From positions 815 to 64,814 of the forward strand of contig JAKPNM010000005.1 of assembly GCA_029548395.1 (NCBI GenBank): a DNA stretch of 64,000 nt. The letters run 5' to 3'. This document shows, piece after piece, positions 58,852 through 64,000 of the stretch. Position 1 is the first letter of the stretch. Each line of letters starts with the position of its first letter. The DNA comes from Bacillota bacterium (GTDB lineage Bacteria > Bacillota > Clostridia > Christensenellales > Aristaeellaceae). Made by a program: the position numbers and the translations under genes. Under the pieces are notes generated by a model. That model saw only the letters and a program-made list of their open reading frames with translations, was not told where the DNA came from and did no database searches.

Positions 58852-59391
58852 ATGATTTTTGACAACCTGCCTGAACACTACATCCAGCCGGACCGTTTCC
58901 GCGCCATCATCGAAATCCCCAAGGGGAGCAAGACCAAGTATGAGGTGGACAAGCACACGGGGCTGCTGCGGCTGGACCGCATCCTCTACACCTCCACCCA
59001 CTATCCCGCCAACTACGGGCTGATTCCGCGCACGCTGTCCGAGGACGGCGACCACCTGGATGTGCTGGTGCTGTGTACCGAGCCGCTGGTGCCCCTTTGC
59101 GCGGTGGATGTCTATCCCATCGGCGTGCTGATCATGCTTGACCAGGGCAAGCGTGATGAGAAGATCATCGCCATCCCCTTTAATGAGCCGCAGATGAACG
59201 CCTGGAAGGACCTGACTGACCTGCCGCCCCACATGTTTGAGGAGATCAAGCACTTCTTTTCTGTGTACAAGCAGCTGGAGGACAAGCCCACCGCCACGGA
59301 GGGCTATTATGGCGCTGAGGAGGCAGCCAACACCATCCGCGAATGCATGGCGGCCTGGACGCAGGCGCAACGGGCCAAGCATCCCTTTTAG
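58852..59391 (+). CDS. ppa: Inorganic pyrophosphatase, family I
   Basis: 179 aa. IEIPKGS..KYE.D, YP.NYG.IP.T...DGD.LD.LV. Confidence 0.9.
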   Translation: MIFDNLPEHYIQPDRFRAIIEIPKGSKTKYEVDKHTGLLRLDRILYTSTHYPANYGLIPRTLSEDGDHLDVLVLCTEPLVPLCAVDVYPIGVLIMLDQGKRDEKIIAIPFNEPQMNAWKDLTDLPPHMFEEIKHFFSVYKQLEDKPTATEGYYGAEEAANTIRECMAAWTQAQRAKHPF

Positions 59392-59515
59392 GCGCAGCTT
59401 TGTCCCTGGCGGGCACAGGGGCGGGATGATGCAGGCTGGTTCTTTCAGCATCGCCTCCTGGCGGTCAGTGGGCGAGCGGCGCATGGAATTCATTAATTTC
59501 GGAATTTCGGAAATC

Positions 59516-59551
59516 TCCTTCCAAGTCCCCTTCCAAGTCTCCTTCCAAGTG
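59516..59551. repeat. Three tandem 12-nt repeats (TCCTTCCAAGTC / CCCTTCCAAGTC / TCCTTCCAAGTG), preceded by 2 x AATTTCGG (59495-59510)
   Basis: Read directly from the sequence. The array ends 10 nt upstream of the -35 box of tRNA cluster 2. Confidence 0.9.
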
Positions 59552-59561
59552 TAAAATGGGC

Positions 59562-59590
59562 TTGACAAAGTCCCAGCTTACGGATAGCAT
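59562..59590 (+). promoter_or_regulatory. Promoter of tRNA cluster 2
   Basis: TTGACA, 17-nt spacer, TAGCAT, 26 nt upstream of tRNA-Val. Confidence 0.5.
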
Positions 59591-59616
59591 GGAAAAGCGC
59601 CTCGTTGAGCGCGCCG

Positions 59617-59692
59617 GGGAGCATAGCTCAGCTGGGAGAGCATCTGCCTTACAAGCAGAGGGTCACAGGTTCGAGCCCTGTTGTTCCCACCA
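59617..59692 (+). tRNA. tRNA-Val (anticodon TAC)
   Basis: Acceptor GGGAGCA/TGTTCCC, anticodon loop CTTACAA, T-loop TTCGAGC, encoded CCA. Confidence 0.85.
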
Positions 59693-59696
59693 ATGT

Positions 59697-59773
59697 GGCC
59701 CGGTAGTTCAGTTGGTTAGAATGCCAGCCTGTCACGCTGGAGGTCGAGGGTTCGAGCCCCTTCCGGGTCGCCA
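59697..59773 (+). tRNA. tRNA-Asp (anticodon GTC), copy 2
   Basis: Identical in sequence to 55587-55663. Confidence 0.9.
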
Positions 59774-59777
59774 TCCT

Positions 59778-59853
59778 GCCTTGGTAGCTCAGTCGGTAGA
59801 GCAGTAGACTGAAAATCTACGTGTCGCTGGTTCGATTCCGGCCCAAGGCACCA
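59778..59853 (+). tRNA. tRNA-Phe (anticodon GAA)
   Basis: Acceptor GCCTTGG/CCAAGGC, anticodon loop CTGAAAA, T-loop TTCGATT, encoded CCA. Confidence 0.85.
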
Positions 59854-59856
59854 CAC

Positions 59857-59932
59857 GCGGTAGTAGCTCAGTTGGTAGAGCGCAACCTTGCCAAGGTTGA
59901 GGTCGCGAGTCCGAGTCTCGTCTACCGCTCCA
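59857..59932 (+). tRNA. tRNA-Gly (anticodon GCC) with atypical T-loop (TCCGAGT)
   Basis: Acceptor GCGGTAG/CTACCGC, anticodon loop TTGCCAA. T-arm is GCGAG-TCCGAGT-CTCGT, so position 55 is C rather than T. Encoded CCA. Confidence 0.8.
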
Positions 59933-60060
59933 TTCTGGGGATTCACCTCATTGTGTAGCTGCGGGGGAAAGCCCGGCGGTGCACTGTCTTTCCAGCCCCA
60001 CAAAGCGGCTGGATGGAAAAAACGAAGACAAGGGACCCCAGGCGCCCGGCAAGCGGGCAT

Positions 60061-60135
60061 GGCGCCATAGCCAAGTGGTAAGGCGAAGGTCTGCAAAACC
60101 TTTATTCTCCAGTTCGAATCTGGATGGCGCCTCCA
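60061..60135 (+). tRNA. tRNA-Cys (anticodon GCA)
   Basis: Acceptor GGCGCCA/TGGCGCC, anticodon loop CTGCAAA, T-loop TTCGAAT, encoded CCA. Confidence 0.85.
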
Positions 60136-60147
60136 ACCTGAATAAAG

Positions 60148-60190
60148 CCCCCGGAAAACAAACAAGATGACTTTTCCGGGGTTTTTTTAT
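60148..60190 (+). terminator. Intrinsic terminator of tRNA cluster 2
   Basis: CCCCGGAAAA, 13-nt loop, TTTTCCGGGG, followed by TTTTTTTATTTT. Confidence 0.75.
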
Positions 60191-60204
60191 TTTCTGCGGA
60201 TATT

Positions 60205-60234
60205 TTGGTCACCTCCTGTGAACTGTGCTAAAAT
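60205..60234 (+). promoter_or_regulatory. Putative promoter of the UPF0340-yggS pair
   Basis: TTGGTC, 18-nt spacer, TAAAAT with an upstream TGc (extended -10). Confidence 0.4.
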
Positions 60235-60262
60235 ATAATAGGAGGATCATCAGTAGGGGGGA

Positions 60263-60814
60263 ATGAACTTGGATCATATTAAAGAGCAGGCGGCGCAGGC
60301 GGTCAGCGAGCTGCTGTCGGTCGCCAGGCTGTCGCCCGGGCAGGTGCTGGTCATCGGCTGCTCCTCAAGCGAGATGGTGGGCAAGCGCATCGGCAAGGGC
60401 AGCAGCCTGGCAGCCGCGCAGGCGGCCTACGCCGGCATCGCCCCGGTCTTGCAGCAGGCGGGCGTGCACCTTGCGGCGCAATGCTGCGAGCACCTCAACC
60501 GCTGCCTGGTCGTGGAGCGCGCCCTGGCTCTGCAGCGCGGCCTGACCATCGTCAATGCTGTGCCTAAGGCGAATGCGGGGGGCTCCTTCCCGATGACGGT
60601 GTACGAGCGCATGCAGGACCCGGTGCTGGTCGAGACCATCCAGGCCGAGGCAGGGCTGGACATCGGCGGCACGCTGATCGGCATGCACCTGCGCCCCGTG
60701 GCGGTGCCTGTGCGGCTGAGCCTGGACCGCATCGGGCAGGCCGGTATCCTGTGCGCGCGCACCCGGCCCAAGTACATTGGCGGCAGCCGCGCTGTCTATC
60801 TGGAAGCGCAATGA
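60263..60814 (+). CDS. UPF0340 / TIGR01440-family protein (YwlG-like)
   Basis: 183 aa. ...GQVLVIGCSSSE..G..IG..., QCCEHLNR.LVVER, IGG.LIGMHL. Confidence 0.7.
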   Translation: MNLDHIKEQAAQAVSELLSVARLSPGQVLVIGCSSSEMVGKRIGKGSSLAAAQAAYAGIAPVLQQAGVHLAAQCCEHLNRCLVVERALALQRGLTIVNAVPKANAGGSFPMTVYERMQDPVLVETIQAEAGLDIGGTLIGMHLRPVAVPVRLSLDRIGQAGILCARTRPKYIGGSRAVYLEAQ

Positions 60815-61515
60815 TGGAGTATCAAGAGCTGGCAGACCGTGTGAAGGCTGTTCGCGAGCGCATGGCCGGCGCCGCAGCCCGCGCAGGGCGAAAACCCGGG
60901 GACATTCTGCTCTGCGCCGCCTGCAAGGCACAGCCGGGCGACAAGGTGCGCGCGGCCGCGCATACCGACATCGACCTGTTTGGCGAGAACCGCGCCCAGG
61001 AGATGCGCGACAACCTGCAAGCCGGCGCTTACCTGGATGTGCCTGTCCATTTCATCGGGAATCTGCAGACCAACAAGGTCCGCCAGGTGGTCGGCCGGGC
61101 TGCCGTGATCCACAGCGTGGACCGCGGCAGGCTGCTGGACGCCATCGCCCGTGAAGCGGCCGCGCAAGGGCTGGTGCAGGACATCCTGATCCAAGTCAAC
61201 CTGGCCGGCGAGCAAAGCAAGGCAGGCGTCGCGCCTGCGGAGTTGCGGCCGCTGCTGGAGCGCGCGGCCGGCCATGAAGCGCTGCGCGTGCGCGGCCTGA
61301 TGGCCATCCCGCCCCAGACCGATACGCAGGAAGAAGCGCGCCCCTATTTCGCGATGCTGCGCGACCTGTTTGAGCAGGCCATCTCCTGGCGGCTGACAGG
61401 GCAGCGCTGGGACACCCTGTCCATGGGCATGTCCGACAGCTTTGAGGCCGCCATCCTGGAGGGCGCGACCCTGGTGCGCGTGGGCCGCCATATTTTCGGG
61501 GATCGGCCGGGCTGA
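60811..61515 (+). CDS. yggS: YggS/YlmE-family pyridoxal-phosphate homeostasis protein
   Basis: ATGATG overlap with the upstream stop. ...LLCAACKAQP..., FGENRAQE, HFIGNLQTNKV, LSMGMSDSFE.AI..GAT.VRVG. About 234 aa. Confidence 0.85.
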   Translation: MMEYQELADRVKAVRERMAGAAARAGRKPGDILLCAACKAQPGDKVRAAAHTDIDLFGENRAQEMRDNLQAGAYLDVPVHFIGNLQTNKVRQVVGRAAVIHSVDRGRLLDAIAREAAAQGLVQDILIQVNLAGEQSKAGVAPAELRPLLERAAGHEALRVRGLMAIPPQTDTQEEARPYFAMLRDLFEQAISWRLTGQRWDTLSMGMSDSFEAAILEGATLVRVGRHIFGDRPG

Positions 61516-61581
61516 GCCGCGGGGAACAGGGGAGGACGGCGCAAACAGCTTTTTTCCCTTATTCCAAGACCTGTAATAATG

Positions 61582-61627
61582 AAAAACAAGCAGTGCCGCC
61601 AAAACAGTGGCGCCGCTTGTTTTTTTG
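61582..61627. terminator. Bidirectional terminator between the convergent yggS and glycerate kinase genes
   Basis: GAAAAACAAGC...GCTTGTTTTTTT: outer 7-8 bp stem with an inner GC stem, an A-tract on one side and a T-tract on the other. Confidence 0.6.
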
Positions 61628-61641
61628 ATTGAACTTGGGGA

Positions 61642-62895
61642 TTATTTTACGCCTTCCCGCCCGCGGATGAGCAGCACGCTGATGTCATTGACGTTGGTGC
61701 CGGTGGGGCCGGTCATCAGCAGCCCGTCCACCGCCTGTAGCGCGGGGTAGGCATCGTTGTTGTCCAGCATGGCGATGGGATCGATCCCCGCCTGGCGAAG
61801 CCTCGCCGCGGTCTGCCCGTCCACATAGCCGCCAGCGGCGTCCGTGGGGCCGTCGGTGCCGTCGCTGCCCAGGGAAAACAGAGCCACTCCTGTGAGGCCG
61901 TCCAGTTCTAAAGCGGCGGCCAGAGCCAGCTCCTGATTGCGGCCTCCCCTGCCGTTTCCTTGCAGGCGCACCACGGTCTCCCCTCCCGCGATAAAAGCCA
62001 GGCTGTCCGGGCTGTCCTGGTGGTATTGGGCGATCGCGCCCAGGAAACGCCCGGCCTCCCGCGCCTGGCAGGCCAGCGATGCGGTCAGCACGCAGGGGCG
62101 GTAGCCCAGGTCTTTCGCGGTCCTGGCGGCTGCCTCGCACAGCTGGCCCACGCTGCCGGTGACCAGGCTGGTCACATGGGGAAGTTCCTTGGGCGTCTCC
62201 CGGTCCAGCAAGGCCCGCGCCGCTTCAGACAATCGCAGGCCATAGCGCGCGGCAATGCGCCTGGCGTCCTCAGTGGTGGAGGCGTCAGGACAGGCCGGGC
62301 CGGAAGCGATCATGTCCAGCGGATCCCCGATGATGTCCGACAAAATGATGCTGACCACCCGGGCCGGCTGGCAGGCCAGCGCGAAGCGCCCGCCCTTGAC
62401 CGCGGACAGCCGCTTGCGGATGGTGTTCATCTCACGGATGTCCGCGCCCGAGGCCAGCAGCTGCCTGGTGATGTCAGCCAGCTCATCCGCGCTGATCAGG
62501 GGCATCTCAAACAGCGCCGAGCCGCCCCCGGAAATCAGCAGCAGCACAGTGTCCCGGCTTGACAGGCCGCGCGCCAGGTCAAGCGCCTCTTTGGTGGCGG
62601 CAAAGGACTGGCTGTCCGGCACCGGGTGGCCGGCTTCCCTCACCGCGAAGCCTTTTATCTCCCCGCCGCTGTGGCCGTACTTGGTGATGACCAGGCCCTG
62701 CGTGATGGCAGCCCCAAGGGCGTCATGCGCTGCCCTGGCCATCTGCCAGGCGGCCTTGCCCAATGCAATGACCAGCAGCCGGCCGCCCGGAACAATCTCA
62801 AGCTGTGAAAGCGCTTTTTGCACAGCGGTATCCGGCTGCGCCGCCAGAAGCGCGGAACGGATGATGGCATTGGCGTCCTGACGCAGTTCGTTCAC
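61642..62895 (-). CDS. Glycerate 2-kinase (DUF4147/MOFRL family; often mislabelled hydroxypyruvate reductase)
   Basis: ...GKAAWQMA..., LLISGGGSALFE, IAGGETVV...GRGGRNQELAL, GSDGTDGPTDAAG. I prefer the GTG at 62895 (5 nt after GAGGT); the listed GTG at 62907 is an alternative. Confidence 0.8.
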   Translation of the reverse strand: MNELRQDANAIIRSALLAAQPDTAVQKALSQLEIVPGGRLLVIALGKAAWQMARAAHDALGAAITQGLVITKYGHSGGEIKGFAVREAGHPVPDSQSFAATKEALDLARGLSSRDTVLLLISGGGSALFEMPLISADELADITRQLLASGADIREMNTIRKRLSAVKGGRFALACQPARVVSIILSDIIGDPLDMIASGPACPDASTTEDARRIAARYGLRLSEAARALLDRETPKELPHVTSLVTGSVGQLCEAAARTAKDLGYRPCVLTASLACQAREAGRFLGAIAQYHQDSPDSLAFIAGGETVVRLQGNGRGGRNQELALAAALELDGLTGVALFSLGSDGTDGPTDAAGGYVDGQTAARLRQAGIDPIAMLDNNDAYPALQAVDGLLMTGPTGTNVNDISVLLIRGREGVK

Positions 62896-62930
62896 GGGGC
62901 ACCTCACACAAGCTGATTCTCTTGTTCCAA

Positions 62931-62958
62931 ATTATAACCGCGCTCATCACGCTGTCAA
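62931..62958 (-). promoter_or_regulatory. Consensus sigma-A promoter of the glycerate kinase gene
   Basis: Minus strand: TTGACA (62958-62953), 16-nt spacer, TATAAT (62936-62931). Confidence 0.6.
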
Positions 62959-63130
62959 ATCATCGACTCTCCCGCATCCGGGAGCCTCACGGCATGCGGG
63001 TTTTCATTGGCGCTGTTTCTGCGTCACCGTGTTCAATCGGATGACCTTTTATATTTGATTTTGGGACTTGCGATGTTCCGGATTTCAAGATTCACTCAGC
63101 CGGATTTGCTGTGCATGCCCGCATGGGGCA

Positions 63131-63139
63131 TGGTATAAT
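63131..63139 (+). promoter_or_regulatory. Extended -10 element upstream of the FHA-like gene
   Basis: TGgTATAAT, 31 nt upstream of the ATG at 63170. No good -35 box. Confidence 0.4.
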
Positions 63140-63169
63140 GCACTGGAAGTACAAGCGGGGGGAGGAGAA

Positions 63170-63844
63170 ATGTCGCAAACATCCTATGAGTTGCTGGCGC
63201 TGGGCCTGCGGTACTGGTTTGTGCTGCTGATTGTGCTGACCCTGCTGCGGGCAGCCTTGCTGATGCGCAGGGACCAGCGCGCCTACAGGCGCGTGCTGCG
63301 GCAGCTCCCCGATGCCGGGCTGATTGGCGAGCTGGTTGACCTGAGCGAGCAGACTGCCCAGCCGCTGCCCCGTGAGGGCCTGATTGGCGCCGGGCGCAAT
63401 TGTGACATCCGCATCCGCGGTCTGCGCCGGCGGGAGATGGAGTTTGTCTTCCGGCCGGGTCTGGGCGTCAGGCTGTTTCCGCTGCACGCGCGTCATGGCG
63501 CGCTGCTTGACGGGGAAGCTCTGCAAAAGAGCGGCGCCTATGCCCTGCATGGCACGGTGCTGGAGCTTCGCGGCCGGCCTCTTCGCTTTCGCCTGTTTGC
63601 CGGGCTGGACTTGCCCGCGCGCGTCGTGTATACGCCCGGTGAGGATGGGTTTGAGAAGGACGCATCCCTTTTGCGGCAGGGAGATATCGCCTGTCCCGGG
63701 CTTCTGCCACCTGCTCCGCCGGGGGCCGGATTGGAAAACACCTGGGAGTTCGCGCCCCTGCCGGACGGGTTGACTCAGCCGCCAGGTCACGGGCAGCATG
63801 ATCATCCGTCCCCTGTCTGGCCGCGGGAGGACAGTGATGGCTAA
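63170..63844 (+). CDS. Membrane-anchored protein with degenerate FHA-like domain
   Basis: ATG at 63170 follows GGGGGAGGAG. N-terminal TM segment (YWFVLLIVLTLLRAALL), then ...LIGAGRNCDIRI.G......F.F....G..L.P......LLDGE.L. The canonical FHA SR.H motif is not evident. Confidence 0.45.
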   Translation: MSQTSYELLALGLRYWFVLLIVLTLLRAALLMRRDQRAYRRVLRQLPDAGLIGELVDLSEQTAQPLPREGLIGAGRNCDIRIRGLRRREMEFVFRPGLGVRLFPLHARHGALLDGEALQKSGAYALHGTVLELRGRPLRFRLFAGLDLPARVVYTPGEDGFEKDASLLRQGDIACPGLLPPAPPGAGLENTWEFAPLPDGLTQPPGHGQHDHPSPVWPREDSDG

Positions 63845-64000
63845 GCAAAACGCGCGTCAAACTGAATGGCTGGTGATGCCGGGGGTGCTGTTTTTTTTCA
63901 GCGCTTTCCTGCTGTTGGGTTTGAAAGCGATGGACTGGACGGCCTTTGCCTTGGCAGCGCTGGTGCCGCTGGGCTTTTTTATTGTGTGTGTGCTGCTGCC
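63837..64000 (+). CDS. Polytopic membrane protein, 3' end outside window (possibly FtsW/RodA/SpoVE family)
   Basis: ATG at 63837 overlaps the upstream stop by 8 nt. MAKQNARQTEWLVMPGVLFFFSAFLLLGLKAMDW... is open to the window edge. The family guess rests only on the common FHA-protein-then-ftsW/rodA gene order. Confidence 0.35.
   Translation, partial: MAKQNARQTEWLVMPGVLFFFSAFLLLGLKAMDWTAFALAALVPLGFFIVCVLL

Noticed and set aside
59495-59551. Tandem 8- and 12-nt repeats considered as a CRISPR array or a coding peptide repeat (SFQV/PFQV).
   Set aside because: The repeats are contiguous with no spacers and far too short for CRISPR. The ORFs that read through them are the tails of shadow ORFs antisense or out of frame to ppa. 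Their position next to a tRNA promoter favours a regulatory or slippage role.

Overview
This 64 kb window looks like core chromosome from a GC-rich (roughly 60%, not computed) Firmicutes/Clostridia-type genome. Supporting signs are strong GGAGG Shine-Dalgarno sites, tRNAs with encoded CCA ends, a mutS2/zapA/clpB gene set and a CtsR-like operator. I call about 57 protein genes, packed into long co-directional arrays with many 1-14 nt start/stop overlaps, plus 11 tRNA genes in two clusters (55311-55850 and 59617-60135). I found no rRNA, CRISPR array, transposase, integrase or prophage genes.

Housekeeping content:
- tdh-kbl-trpS
- acpS-nnr
- guaB-pgsA
- clpB
- greA-lysS
- tmk (fused to a HAD phosphatase)-mnmA
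- ispE behind a two-component system
- mutS2, a U32-family gene, zapA and a secreted cyclophilin
- ppa
- UPF0340-yggS
- glycerate kinase

Accessory-looking content:
- An ATP-grasp ligase/serine esterase pair.
- A sugar locus with a TIM barrel, a Gfo/Idh/MocA oxidoreductase and an ABC importer.
- A seven-gene translationally coupled array (23818-31955): AI-2E permease, ABC ATPase, ABC-2 permease, GH65 phosphorylase, M55 peptidase-like protein, DASS anion permease and a TIM barrel.
- A heterodimeric ABC exporter.
- A four-gene ABC/ABC-2/GldG-like/DUF4340-like module.
- A BspA-type LRR + SH3b surface protein with an orphan PstS-like binding protein.

The best candidates for an undescribed system are the seven-gene array, the GldG/DUF4340 module and the ATP-grasp/esterase pair. 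None can be shown to be novel from sequence alone. All family calls come from reading the translated ORFs and remembered motifs, not from database searches.
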